Below are positions 9,780-21,544 of a stretch of 64,000 nucleotides of DNA, piece after piece. The stretch comes from Candidatus Marinacidobacterales bacterium (GTDB lineage: Bacteria; Acidobacteriota; Vicinamibacteria; Marinacidobacterales; SMYC01). Numbering within the stretch: the first letter of the stretch is position 1; every line of letters begins with the position of its first letter. The notes beneath the pieces were generated by a model. The model worked only from the letters and a program-made list of their open reading frames with translations. It did not search any database and was not told the origin of the DNA. The stretch covers positions 3,168,001 to 3,232,000 of the forward strand of contig OZ250169.1 in the NCBI GenBank assembly GCA_965237955.1, in the 5' to 3' direction. Position numbers and translations under genes: made by a program.

Positions 9780-11230
9780 CCTAAGAAACTACCGCCTGAA
9801 CGACGTCGCCCGTTTGAGTGTCGATGAGAGCGAAACCGAGGTCAGCGGCGCGTTGGGTCAGGCGGCGCACGGCACGGGAGCGATCTTGAGCGTTGTAGGC
9901 GGCGGCCCCGGGGTCTTGATAGACGAGCCCATCCTTGAGAGTGCGGTAGACGAGAATGGCGAGCTTTCGAGCGGTGGCGGTGATGGCTTTGGATTTACCG
10001 ACGCGATAGGCGAGACGTCGATAGTAGGCGCCGAGAGCGGTCTGTGTACGCCCGAGGCTGAGTGCGGCCATGCGGAGAATGCCAGCGGCCCGGTTTGCAG
10101 AGGGTTGTGTTTTCGAGCTGAGGAGCCACCCGCCGGAGATTTTGTTATTGGGCGCGAGGGTAAGCCAGGAAGTGAAGTGCTTTTCAGTAGGCCATCGGTT
10201 CATATCGGTGGGTTACCGCACTCTGAACGAGAGTCTCTCGGTGGCGGAGGTAGCCACGCAGGGCGGTGATGGCTGCTTCGGGTCGAAAGCTTCCGCGGAG
10301 CAACCCCACGCTGTGCAACTCCCGGAGCCATTCGCAATCGCTGACATCGCTCTTGCGCCCCGGGACGTTTTTGACGAGGCGCGCGTTGACCAAGAGGACC
10401 TGGAAGCCACGGGCTTCGAGGATTTCATACAGGGCGATCCAGTAGACGCCGGTCGACTCCATCGCGACGCTCGTCACGCCGCAAGTCGCGAGCCAGTCGG
10501 CGAGCCGATGAAGATCGGCCGTGAAACTCCTGAAGGAACGGACCGGTTTAGGATCGCGCTCCGGTGGAACTGCGACGAAATGCTCGGCCGAGCCGCAATC
10601 GATCCCAGCGACATTCACGTTGATTTGCTTCAGGAGGGATGGAGAAGTCCGCTTCTTGGGTTGACGACGATTGTGCTTCATCAGATGCTCCTTCATACTT
10701 CGTGAAGCATCCGGGAACAGGGATGGGCATTCGTTACATTCTCCTAAACGGGATCACGCTCACGCGTGTCACCACTGACAGTGCCGAAACATCCCCGGGC
10801 CATGCTTAGGGCCGGCGACAAAATAAGTTCCCGTTTTCAAGACGGTCGGATGGTGTAGTTCCATTTGGGTAGAGTCTGGTCCTTTGTAACGGAAAGCGCC
10901 TGCATCCGCTCGTCAGTGATTTTGACGCCCTTCGGATAACGACGCCGGATAAGGTGTGCGCGTACTCGCAAACCGGAAGAGGTGGTGGTCGTGCGGATGT
11001 ATTTGAGGATGGTTTCGTAGCTGTCGAGAGGCCTGCCCGCCCAGTTCTTGCTGATCTCGCTGAACAGACGGTGCTCCACTGGATTCCACTTGGATGTACC
11101 GGACGGATAGTGGGCTATGGTGATAGCGATGTCGTGGCGATTGCAAATCCGCGTTTGAAGCCCGTGCTTCCAACCCCGACACCGATAGCCATTGCTGCCC
11201 CCGGCGTCTGCCAATATCGCGAGGTCACGG

Positions 11231-12794
11231 TGTTTCGGTTCAGCTGGAACATGACAGTCCTGAAGTTAAAATACGCACATGGAAAAAGGAGCTGTCATGA
11301 GCAAAGGTCGTCGTCGTCACACTGCGGAGCAAAAGGCAGAGCTGTTGCGCCAGCACGTTGCCGAGAAAAAGCCGGTCTCGGAGGTATGCAACGAGGCAGA
11401 AATCCAGCCGAGCCTGTTCTACACATGGCAAAGGGAGCTATTGGCTGGAGCCCATACGGTGTTTTCGTTCCGTCGTGCGCCGAGCCGTGAGAAGGAGCTA
11501 GAGGAGAAGCTCTCCCGTCTCGAGGCGAAGGTGGCCCGTAAGGATCAGATCATCGCTGAGGTGACCGAAGAGTACGTGACACTCAAAAAAAACTTGGGGA
11601 AGCCTGAGTGGTGCCTGGATTCCCCATGACCGTCGTGACGAGGTTGTCGACTTCGTGAACACAATCGCCACCAAGACCCAGCTTCCGGTCCAGCAGATCG
11701 TTCAGTGGTGCGGGATCGCTCGGGGCAAGTTCTACGACTGGCGCAAGCGGTACGGGAAGGTGAATGAGCACAACGGCCTGGTGCTGCGGGATCACTGGAC
11801 CGAAGAATGGGAGCGCCAGTCCGTGATCGACTACTTCGACTGCCACCCACTGGACGGGTATCGCCGACTCACGTTCATGATGCTGGACGAAGACGTGGTG
11901 GCAGTTAGCCCCTCGACGACGTACCGGGTGTTGTCGAAGGCGGGTCGTCTGGACCGTTGGAACCCGAAGCCGTCGAAGAAGGGAACGGGCTTCGTTCAGC
12001 CGCTGCGAGCGCACCAGCACTGGCACACGGATATCTCGTACTTGAACCTGGGTGGGACGTTCTACTACCTCTGCTCGTTTCTGGATGGTGCGAGCCGCGC
12101 GGTGGTTCACTGGGAGATTCGTGAGTCGATGACGGAAGCGGATGTGGAGTGCATCTTGGAGCGAGCAAAGGAGCGGTACCCCGATGCGCGGCCTCGAATC
12201 ATCTCGGACAACGGTCCGCAGTACATCGCGAAGGACTTCAAGGCATTCATCCGCATCTCAGGGATGACGCACGTGAGGACCGCGCCGTACTACCCGCAAT
12301 CGAACGGGAAGATCGAGCGTTGGCACAAGACGATAAAATCGGACGCCCTGCGTCCTGCCAGCCCCACGAGCCTCGAAGAGGCTCGCCGCTTGATGGAACG
12401 ATTCGTCGAATATTACAACGGGGTTCGCCTGCACAGCGCGATCGGCTACATTGCGCCGCTGGACTTCATGGATGGCAAGGCCACCCAGATCTGGTCGGAG
12501 CGAGACCGCAAACTCGAGCAGGCTCGGAAGCTGCGGCGTGAGCGCCGTGCGAACAAGGTGCCCGCATGAACACTCTGATCCCAGGAGCCCCACTCCGTTC
12601 CCTCTCGCCCACAAGCATTGAGTACCAGAGAGCGCAGGGGGCGTCAAGGGCGGCGAAGCCGGCGCGCGCAGCGCGCTTTACCCTTGACGCCCCCGAGCAC
12701 TCTGGTACGATCCCTGGGGCGATAGGGGACATCCTGCCGCCGGGCGTTGCGTTAACGTCCAACCTCGCTGTCATCTTCACGCTGAACCAATACA
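11231..12794 (+). mobile_element. IS3-family element (1564 bp)
   Basis: TG...CA ends with IR TGTTTCGGTTCAGC / GCTGAACCAATACA and ACGG duplication. orfA 11279-11629 and orfB ending at 12569 (WHTD, SDNG, NGKIER) are joined by an A8 slippery site at ~11585. Confidence 0.95.
12684..12711 (+). promoter_or_regulatory. Candidate outward-facing sigma70 promoter in the IS3 3' end
   Basis: TTGACG-16 nt-TACGAT with an extended TG, lying in the 3' arm of a long inverted repeat. Confidence 0.4.
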
Positions 12795-14595
12795 ACGGGC
12801 TGCAGGATAGCGTCGCCGTCCTTCCGTTCGCCACCACTTCTCGATGGCATTCACGGCGAAGTCCGGGGTGTTGTACGAGGTACCAATGAACACTGTCCCG
12901 CGGTTCGCGAGCAGATCGTAGACGCCGTAGGGGATTGCGATGCCGTTCGATTCGGAACGGAAGTCATGGTCTTTGACGAGAGTCGGCTCGCGGTTCCAGG
13001 CCTGCCCGCCGTTTTTGAATAATCCCACCAGCTCCCGTTTCTTCGTGTCTACGCTGATGATGGGATGACCAGCTGCGGCAAAACGCTCGCGCAGTTCGGC
13101 GATACACGCGAATTGGGTATCGCGATCTTCGGACGTGGCACCGCACAGCTTCTTGTGGTTCACCCGCAACGAGAAGCCGAGCTGTTTGAGCAGTCGACCG
13201 ACGGTTTTGCTGCTGACGTTCACACCGAGGCTTCTTAGCTCGCAAGCAATCTTGTCGGTGGTCCGCCGCGTCCATTTCACTCCCGTCATCGGATCGCCCG
13301 CGGTGTCGTGCTTCATGAGTTCTTCGATCTTGGCGATGACTTCTGGCGTTTTTTTTGCACGGCGCGCCGTCCGCCACCCTTTCGCCGAACTCCGTCGAGC
13401 TCAACATCTCTCATTAGCAATTCCCTACGACCTCTGGCTACCGTGCTCGGATCCATCCCGAGCAGTTCGGCAATCTGTTGGTCGCCACCGTGACCGAGCT
13501 TCATGGCCTCGACTCCCGCGTAGAGACGGCGCTGCTTTTCATCGAGCAGGCTGTAGAAAAGAACGATCGCAGCCTTCAACTCCACGGGGAGCACGCGGAC
13601 TCCCCCGACCCAGCCCAACGTGGAAGGTGACGCCTCATGTACCTGGCGGGCCGAGAGCTGTTGCTTGCGCGTGCTCACATCGGTGGCCAGATACAGATAT
13701 CGGCCGAACACCTGCTCGCGCGCCAATCTTTTCTCTCGGACCAGTTTCAACAGAGGAGCCTTGACGTCAACCTGCACCACGTCCTCGAGCTCGTCGACGT
13801 AGTAGCCTGCCTCACAGGCCGCGACCAACGCTTTTACCGTCGCAAGCAACGTCCCGTACTTCGAGAACCACACTGAGCGCAACGACCAAAGACCTTTTCG
13901 ATCGAACTGGGCGATCTCGTCCAACGTGTAGTAGCTACCACGGTGGGAGTAGCTTGTCCGATACGCCAACTCATTGAGCTTTCGGAAGACGGTCGAGTCC
14001 ACATCGGTACCCAACACTGCCTTCAAATCATCGAGGGTAGCTATTTTGTGCTTCCTCAACAGGCGGTCGAGATCTTCAGACTGATAGCTCGTAGGTCTCA
14101 TAATAGGAGAAGTGCTCCTTGATAGGCGTAATCCTACCTAAAATGAGGACCGTTTGCCAAACACGCGCTGGTTGCTGAAGATCTACAAATGTTCCGTTTC
14201 TAGGGAGCTTGCCAGGCTCTCGTGATGCCAGACGACATCGCGATCACGACCTGAAACAGGAAGAGTGTGCTCAAAACTAGACAGTTATTTTGTCGGCGGC
14301 CCTTAGTTACGGGCTGGATCGCACCAGTGTTGAGTCGGCCTCGGTTCCCGGATGCTCCCGCTATTGTATGAAACGGACGCTCCGTGCAGCACTGGAGTTT
14401 CTACCCAGATAGATCGCGAGCCCTGCGCGTACGATGCTTAGTTGCGGAAGCACCATAAATTCTGCTAAAGTACTCTACTTGTACTGACTTAGTTGACCGG
14501 CAAGCCATCGTCAGGTGTCAGGGGGACCGTCTGCCCGACTGGCTGAGCTGAATGCCCAAAAAGCTTTGACCTGGACTGAAAAGGAGCGCAAGAGC

Positions 14596-15093
14596 ATGAA
14601 GAAGATTATCTCTACAGTGTTTGTATTATTGACATCCATGAGTATGGCAAACGCCGACCAGTATTTGCAGGCATCCTCAACGATTACCCAGTGCCCCGGC
14701 AATGCACCCGTGGTCGTTAAAATGGATGTCACGGATGCAGCCAATGGCCTTGCCCTAAAAGACAACAAAATCACTGTAAGTGAAGCCGGACCCTATCTGA
14801 TAGTCGCTGCACCCCAAGTGGGACGCGAAGGTGGAGGACCCTATGGTTGCTTCGATTTATGGCTGCGTGTTAATGGAGATGATGTAGCGAACTCCAACGT
14901 ACAGCTGTGTCAGGATGCCGACAGCAGGGCGAAAGACGTCATCATATCGCAGGGAATCGTCCCACTGAAGGCGGGTGATGTTGTAGAAGTCATGATGTCA
15001 GCTAATAATTCAGAGGCGAACCTATGCATTGAAGCTATCCAGCCGGCCGGTGAACCATTGGTGCCTTCGATCATTTTCTCGATGATCAAGTAG
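14596..15093 (+). CDS. Secreted beta-rich hypothetical protein (C1q/TNF-like fold possible)
   Basis: RBS AAGGAG, signal peptide MKKIISTVFVLL...ANA, Cys pairs and LKAGDVVEV. Lower GC than the flanking sequence. Confidence 0.65.
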   Translation: MKKIISTVFVLLTSMSMANADQYLQASSTITQCPGNAPVVVKMDVTDAANGLALKDNKITVSEAGPYLIVAAPQVGREGGGPYGCFDLWLRVNGDDVANSNVQLCQDADSRAKDVIISQGIVPLKAGDVVEVMMSANNSEANLCIEAIQPAGEPLVPSIIFSMIK

Positions 15094-15334
15094 TAAGATT
15101 TGTGTAGAAGTTGAGAAATTCTCCGACGAAGGTGCCGCTGGGTGTACCAGCGCCAAGCCTCGGGCATCAAGGCCCTCCTCTTGGTCTGATTGGCAATCCT
15201 CTTCCGCCGCGCCAGTTGCGACACCCATTTTCGGGTCGTTACATCGAGGTCGCCAAGCGACCGTTCGAGTCCGGGCTCAGCGATGCGCGGTGCCCCGACG
15301 AGGTCTTTAACCAAGTCGAGTCAGAGGAAGAGCA

Positions 15335-15761
15335 TGACTTCGTGCGTACTTGGGTAACAGATAGGTTCCGGTTTCGAAGAGGAAGCGTGTTCGTGGGGCT
15401 GGCCACCCTACTAACAATAATGATTCCAGAAGGTGCTGAATCCCAACGCCTGGCTGGAAACCTCACCGGCAGGGTCGTAGATCCGGTCGGGGAAGCGATC
15501 ATGGGAGCGGTCGTCACTATTAACAGCCCGGATTAACAGCCCGGCGCTCATCACACCGGATCTCTCGACTGAGACGAACGAGCGCGGAGACTTCCGGTTT
15601 GCGAGTCTGGAACCGGGTGTCTACGAGGTGAAGGCGGAGCTTCCCGGCTTTGGAGCAGTGATACAGGAGAACGTGCGCATCAACGTTGGCGCGACCACCG
15701 AGCTCGCCATGGAGTTACTGCCGCAAATCGGCGAGGCTCTGCTCGTTACCGCGGAGCCTGT
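15335..15761 (+). pseudogene. N-terminal carboxypeptidase-like domain of a TonB-dependent receptor, broken and truncated
   Basis: GRVVDPVGEAIMGAVVT...TNERGDFRF..L.PG.YEV.AELPGF. A 13-bp tandem duplication at 15519-15544 creates a stop, and a MITE at 15762 truncates the gene. Confidence 0.7.
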
Positions 15762-15855
15762 TGTGATCCGCAAAAAAGAAGACCGGCGCGAAGCAGCCGA
15801 TCATGGCAGGTCTAAACCGTGCAATCAACGCTGGATCGACTTTTTGCGGAGCACA
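15762..15855. mobile_element. ~94-bp MITE-like element
   Basis: Ends TGTGATCCGCAAAAA / TTTTTGCGGAGCACA. The same terminus recurs at 17738-17760 and 37548-37571, and the internal segment at 17447-17528 and 37465-37545. Confidence 0.55.
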
Positions 15856-16202
15856 GGTCTTTCAGGCGTCCAGGAGGTTGAGGTTGCCATCGAGAGAAGC
15901 CGATTGAAGCCCAATTCGAAATTCCGGCTCGAACGACCACCCGTCGATGAGGCGTGCGGGGACCAGCACGTGACGGCAGCCGTTAAATCACTGTAGAAAA
16001 ATAGGATAGAACGACATTGGTACCAGGGTTGAAACCCGAGAGCGCGTAAAAAAGCATCGCGGAACTCGAAAAACTCCCGTATATGGGCCGCAAAAGCCCG
16101 TCGTGTCCAAAAACACAAACGAACTCAAGCCCCACGGGCCGGGACGTTTCGGATTAGAGGTGTCTAGGCTTGGTTCGCCAATGGAAGCTAGAATCCTCAG
16201 TC

Positions 16203-17285
16203 ATGAGCACGCTGATCCAGCCCTTGACATTGTTGGTGGTTGCCATCGCTGGTTGGGTCCAGCGTGACCAACAGGCCGCTATCGTCTACTTGCTTGAGGA
16301 GAACAGAGTCCTCAAAGCTCGGCTTCGCGGGAGGAAGCTTCGCCTCACGGACGACGAGCGACGTCGGCTTGCGGTAAAGGGTAAGGCGCTTGGCCGGAAA
16401 CTCTTGGCCGAAGTCGCCGGTATCGTCACACCGGAAACCCTGCTGGCTTGGCACCGAAGGCTCATTGCGGGGAAGTGGGACTACAGCGCGCGGCGGAAAC
16501 AGCTTGGACGGCCCCGGGTCATGGCCGAGATTAGCGAGCTCGTGGTGGGAATGGCGACGTCGAATCCGAAGTGGGGATATACACGAATTCGCGGCGCCCT
16601 CTCGAATCTAGGTCATACCGTAGCCAGGAGCACCATCGCCAATATTCTGCGGGAACACGGCATCGAGCCCGCGCCGGAGCGAGGTGAGCGGACGCCGTGG
16701 CGCACGTTTCTCACCGCCCATTGGGAAACCGTTGCTGCGACCGACTTCTTCACCGTCGAGGTCGCCACGGTCCGCAGGCTCGTAACCTACTATGTGCTCG
16801 TCGTCATCGAGCTCTCTTCGCGAAAAGTGCACATTGCCGGAATCACTCCCGGTCCGGACGGCGCGTTCATGATGCAGGTCGGTCGGAATCTCACCGACCC
16901 GCTCGACGGCTTTCTGCGCGGCAAGCGATTCCTCATTCTGGACCGCGACAAGAAGTTCACCACGGAGTTTCGCAACTTGCTCGAGCAGGCCGGAACTGAC
17001 GTCATTCGGCTGCCGTACCGTTCGCCGAATCTGAACGCTTACGTCGAAAGGTTTGTTTTGTCGATCAAAAGCGAGTGCCTGGATCGGATGATCTTCTTCG
17101 GTGAACAATCGCTGCGGCGGGCAGTCGTCGAATTCTGTCGTCACTATCATGCAGAGCGAAATCATCAGGGTTTGGAAAACGCGTTGATCGAAGCGGACGA
17201 GCGCGTGGGCAGTCTCGCCGGGAATGTGCAATGTCGTAAACGATTGGGCGGCTTGCTCAGTTATTACCACCGCGACGCCGCATAG
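16203..17285 (+). CDS. rve integrase-core transposase of an unclassified element (~16097-17448)
   Basis: WGYTRI, DFFT, LDRD, NAYVER and RLGGLL motifs. Ends CCCGTCGTGTCCAAAAAC and GTTTTCGGACACGATGCG. Confidence 0.88.
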   Translation: MSTLIQPLTLLVVAIAGWVQRDQQAAIVYLLEENRVLKARLRGRKLRLTDDERRRLAVKGKALGRKLLAEVAGIVTPETLLAWHRRLIAGKWDYSARRKQLGRPRVMAEISELVVGMATSNPKWGYTRIRGALSNLGHTVARSTIANILREHGIEPAPERGERTPWRTFLTAHWETVAATDFFTVEVATVRRLVTYYVLVVIELSSRKVHIAGITPGPDGAFMMQVGRNLTDPLDGFLRGKRFLILDRDKKFTTEFRNLLEQAGTDVIRLPYRSPNLNAYVERFVLSIKSECLDRMIFFGEQSLRRAVVEFCRHYHAERNHQGLENALIEADERVGSLAGNVQCRKRLGGLLSYYHRDAA

Positions 17286-18211
17286 GAGTTCGGGCGCGCA
17301 AGCTGGACGTAACGGGTGGTCTGGAGGAGAGGTCTGCTCGGGATCGCCTATCGTAGACCCAGTGCCGCGTCGGCTGGTCTCCGCAAATTTCGAGAACGCC
17401 TCTAGGATTCGAGCTTTCCGCTCCGTTCTCGTTTTCGGACACGATGCGATCCGGCGTTGATTGCGCGGTTTAGACTTGCCACGATCGGCTGCTCCGTACC
17501 GGTCGACCCGACGATGCCGCCGGCGTCTTATCAACGTAGAGAGGCTCGTTCTTGCGACTGTTTTCGAATATCTAGCCTATTGTCCTGGACGCCGGGGCTG
17601 ACCCTAGGCGGTCGTGGAGATCCTCGCCAACTCGAAATTGCGTCGGTGGCCCGGCGGCGACAGCGTTCAGAATTTCCACCGCGTCGAAGACGAATTCGCA
17701 GGACGTCGCTCTCATGGCTGTCTGCCCATTGATACGCGATCTTCTTTTTTGCGGATCACACCCGCTTGCCAACACGATCGACTTGGGAAAGCGGCCTCGG
17801 CCATTCCTCTGGTAGGTCGTGGTATTTAGAGCAGCTTTAGCAATTGGAGGAAGACGTTATGTCGACGTTATCCCCCTTCAGCATCGTATAAAACGGCTTC
17901 ACACGTCAGCCATTGCCTGGCGGTCGGTGACGCTGTCGGGACGACCGTGGAGTTCCAGCTACGCGGACAGTTCAATCCGCTGTCCGACATGGTGGGGGAG
18001 GCGGGCCGTGTCAACGTCATCGCGCACCGCTGCATAGAGTTGGCGCGGTCCCGCCCGAACCGCGCCTTACTTGAACCTGCGAGCTGCTTCCCGCAAGTCG
18101 ATGATCTTGTTGACCCGTTCCATCGTCGGTTCGCGCCCCAATTTCTGAAGAAAGGCTCTGGCAACGCTCAAGTCAGTAATAGGGAAACTACCACTTGGAT
18201 CTACGAACGAG

Positions 18212-18827
18212 TCAATGTACTTGCACGGCTTCTACAAGCTGCTTGGCATAGCACAGAAACGCTCGGGCTCGTGGCCGGACAATGACAAGATTTGCGATCT
18301 CCTCGTCCAGCAGCTTGACGCTGATGGTGTTCAGAACAGTATGTACGGCATCCAACGCCGCCGTTACCTGCTGCAAACTGGCGGGGACCAGCGGTTCGGC
18401 GTTGGGAGTTATCGCTCCGGCCAGATCCGTATGGCTGATGCGTTGGTTCCTCCATGGGCGCGCGAATTCGGCGGCTTCAACGGCAGTATCGATCCTGCTC
18501 CGCACTGCGCTACGCAGTGCCTGCTCCTCGCAGAACTCGGACAGCTTCCTGACTGTCAGGTTGTTCTTGCTGCCAGTCTGGATAGGGTCGGTCATCCTGC
18601 ACAGGCGCAGCATTAAGTCATTCCAGAAGATGTGCTGGACATCCCAGATGAATCCGCCGCCGCTGATGGCGTTCAGAAGTCCAACGTCTTCAGCGTTGCT
18701 GAATAACTCCCGGAACTCGTCGGACCTCATCTTGCCCGCCGCCCACTCATTCCGAAGGCCGTCAAACACAGTGCCGAACTCCACGCCAAGCTTCTCCTGA
18801 TATTCCTGCCTAATTTTTGTCGCTCAT
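18212..18827 (-). pseudogene. HEPN (AbiU2-like) protein with a 5' frameshift in an A-run
   Basis: IRQEYQEKLG.EFG..., LCRMTDP and the Rx5H-type motif WRNQRISH. Confidence 0.6.
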
Positions 18828-18970
18828 CTATTTCCTAGCGCGCCGCTCCCGTGAGGTCCAAATATTCATGCGGCTTCCCGATGGTAGAAACGGAGCAACC
18901 CGCCGGACGCCTCTGCCGCCCGGAGATCAGACACACGCGGGCGGGCCGCCAGGAGTAGAATACGCCGGTC

Positions 18971-19465
18971 ATGACAACCGACCCGGACCGGAAACACCGC
19001 GTCAACTTCGCCTCCGTCATCGCTGACATCAACAGGGCCTACGAGCAGTTGCTTGGCATGGAACCGGTCCGCGCGGACGCGCACCGGTTCCCGGTTCCCG
19101 CAGCCGCTGGCGTCTACCTCCTCAGTGAGTCGAACGAGCACCTCTACGTGGGCAGGTCGCGCAACCTGCGCCGGCGCCTGCGCGATCATAGCAGCCCATC
19201 GGCGCAACGTCAGGCAACGCTCGCGATCAAGATCGCGCGCAACGAGACCCGACATGACAAGCCGACGTACCAGCCCGCCGGCAGCACGGCCGACCTGCTC
19301 GCCAACTCGTCCGCTTTCAGGGCCTCGTTTGACGAAGCGAAGGCGCGCATCCGCGCTATGCAGGTCCGCTATGTCGAGGAACGCGATCCGGTACGTCAGG
19401 CTCTGTTGGAGATCTACACCGCCGTGGAGCTCCGTGCCTCCTACAACAGTTTCGAGACGACCTGA
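18971..19465 (+). CDS. GIY-YIG nuclease family protein
   Basis: GVY-x8-YVG-RSRNLRRRL-x2-H, with a late E and YN. Confidence 0.8.
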   Translation: MTTDPDRKHRVNFASVIADINRAYEQLLGMEPVRADAHRFPVPAAAGVYLLSESNEHLYVGRSRNLRRRLRDHSSPSAQRQATLAIKIARNETRHDKPTYQPAGSTADLLANSSAFRASFDEAKARIRAMQVRYVEERDPVRQALLEIYTAVELRASYNSFETT

Positions 19466-19605
19466 ATGGAAGCTCCGACCGACCTTCCGAGGCGAGGTCC
19501 AATTCCCGCGCAACGACCGCTCGCGGTCGACACGATTCCCGGTCTCAACTGGCGTTGTTGCACGGCCCGGAGCAAATCGCTGACCTCCCTGTGCCGGTCG
19601 GAGAG

Positions 19606-20241
19606 TCACCCGGCGCAGTAAGTATCGGGCATGCCGAGCGCGGTCATCTTGTTGAGTATCTCGCACCCAATTCGGTGTTCAACTCGTTGCCTCGCCAACG
19701 TTCGAGTCCGCATCTCGGGCCCCATGATCGCCTTGTAACGATAGACCGCGTTCTCCACCATGCTTCGCTCGGTGCAGCCTGAGAGCTTGTACCATTCACG
19801 TCGGCCGTGTCTTTCGATTGCACGAATATGGCGGTCGCGTTCCCGCATGGCGGTGTTCGAATTCTGACTGAGCGTGGCGTTTCGTTGCGGCGGAATCACC
19901 ACGCGCGTCCTTCGTCCAGGGCTGTGCGCTTCGATGGCTTCGTAGACCGCTTCCTTGTCGTATGCACTGTCCGCCGCCACCGACGCTATAGGTGCTTGAA
20001 TCTGTGTTAGCAAAGGGGGGACTCGCGTTGCGTCGCGAGCTCGTGACGCCGTCAGTTCGGACGCAACAATGTTGCCGGTCTTGCGATCAACGGCGATGTG
20101 CAACTTGCGCCAGGCGCGCTGCTTTGGCGGTTTGCGGGTGGTTCCAACATGAATCCTCAAGCCCGTGCTATCGATCATCAGGTGGATTGGTTGATTGCTT
20201 GCGGCTTTCCGAATCCGCAGCTTCTTGCGGATGCTCACCAC
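19606..20241 (-). pseudogene. IS5/IS903-group transposase, C-terminal part only
   Basis: IDSTGL, WRKLH, ADSAYD and RS.VEN..YRYK motifs. The 5' part is missing. Confidence 0.8.
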
Positions 20242-20462
20242 TCGCGAACTACCTCTACCTTGAGACCCACTCCATCCACTTCCAGGTAGTACCGTCCGTT
20301 TTGCTCAACGACGCGGGCTTGCGGCCTGTAGGCGTAGTGATAGTGGTACCGATACTCGTTCTGCCGCCACTTTGTTCTGCTGGAGGAGAACGTGAACATC
20401 CTGTCAGTGTTCTCAAATCCCTCGAAATCGCCATCAAGCTGACCTTGCTCAATGATCCGCAT
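20235..20462 (-). CDS. Small hypothetical protein; 3' end fused to the IS5 remnant
   Basis: AGGAG RBS overlapping the upstream stop, followed by a 75-aa ORF. Confidence 0.45.
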   Translation of the reverse strand: MRIIEQGQLDGDFEGFENTDRMFTFSSSRTKWRQNEYRYHYHYAYRPQARVVEQNGRYYLEVDGVGLKVEVVREW

Positions 20463-20474
20463 CCGACATCTCCT

Positions 20475-20784
20475 CTATGGCAATTGCGATCGCACGGCAG
20501 AATCCAGCCGCCTGTGGATCAGCAAGATTGTCGTTAGGATGTCGAGAGCGTCCTGCTCGGTAACCTTCCAGTGAATCTTCGGCACATGCGCGGTCGTATT
20601 GCGAAATGCCCCGAACAGGCCTTTGATCAGATTCATGAAGACGATATGCTCGCTGGGCGTCGTCAGAGAGTTGAACGCCAGGCGCGGAATACCTGATTTC
20701 CCGATCCCCAGCGCTTCACCGACGAGTGAGACCCCGTCTGACACGAGCCCGGTCTTCTCGCGAAGCTTCTCAGCAACGCTCTTC
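20475..20784 (-). pseudogene. TIGR02391-like (HEPN) protein, C-terminal remnant
   Basis: SVAEKLREKTGL..DG..LV...GLFGAFRNTTAH...DALD. Confidence 0.7.
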
Positions 20785-21036
20785 TTACTGCTTCGCTGTC
20801 TTCTTCGCCTTTTCCGCCGCTTTGGCTTCCCGCACCTTCGCCTTCTCCGCCGCTTTGGCCTTGTCTTTCCGCACCCTTAGCCACGCCCGGACCTCCCCCA
20901 GACGGAATTGAGACGCCACGCCGCGCCCTCTAGTGTGGACCGGCATCCCAGACCGCTCCCATTTTGTTACCATCTGTTTATCGACGCCCAAATGCTCGGC
21001 TAGTTCCGACCGCGTCAACACTCGCGCTTTTGCCAT
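20785..21036 (-). CDS. Nu1-like HTH DNA-binding protein with a Lys/Ala-rich tail
   Basis: GGAGGAG RBS. 83 aa with ELA..LGV....V..W...GMP and AEKAK repeats. Confidence 0.7.
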   Translation of the reverse strand: MAKARVLTRSELAEHLGVDKQMVTKWERSGMPVHTRGRGVASQFRLGEVRAWLRVRKDKAKAAEKAKVREAKAAEKAKKTAKQ

Positions 21037-21354
21037 AGTTCTCCTCCAAATGGCACTGTCCCCTTCTGCATTGAAAGACGCTCCCAGGGTACTACGGTTT
21101 CCCCTTGAACGAAGGATTCTAATTCGCTGCAATAATCCCCAGCTGATTCCGTTGCAACAGGGATGTTTATACATGCATTTTACATACTTTCTCTAACCTA
21201 GCCACGAGGCGGGCTGATCCAGCCTCGACCGGGAATGGCATTGTCAAGTTAGACGGCATCCCAACGGTCTGCGTGCAGAAGGCGATCGGCTATGCCTTCC
21301 TGGCGCCCTCATGGGATAATTACCGCGGCGCTTTCGTCCCAATTATTCTGACGA

Positions 21355-21515
21355 CGTACACGTCGAAAGGCACGAAAGAAGTACTCGGACGAGGAGAAGA
21401 TCCGGATCGTGTTGGGAAGGGCTGCGAGGCGAAGAGAGCATTGCAGCCCCTGTGCTGGCGAGAAGGGATCTCATCGAATCTGTATTAGCGGTGGAGCAAG
21501 GAGTTTCTCGAGCTG
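21355..21515 (+). pseudogene. IS3-family orfA remnant
   Basis: Degenerate KKYSDEEKIRIVL.GLRGEESIA.LC.REGISSNLY..WSKEFL. Confidence 0.6.
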
Positions 21516-21544
21516 CGGCATCTAGAATCTCCCTTTTGTGCGTC

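Larger units (their letters stand above)
10809..14302 (-). mobile_element. ISAzo13-family element interrupted by IS3
   Basis: IRs GGGCCGGCGACAAAATAA / TTATTTTGTCGGCGGCCC. TTA duplication at 10806-10808 and 14303-14305. SVDTKK, DAGGSN and SKWNPVEH motifs. ORF1 is 13313-14101. Confidence 0.92.
9780..14438 (-). mobile_element. IS110-A second copy, with a ~488-bp internal deletion and nested ISAzo13 and IS3
   Basis: Near-identical to 5534-7183 but lacks the equivalent of 5964-6451. CT cores at 9778-9779 and 14437-14438. Confidence 0.92.
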
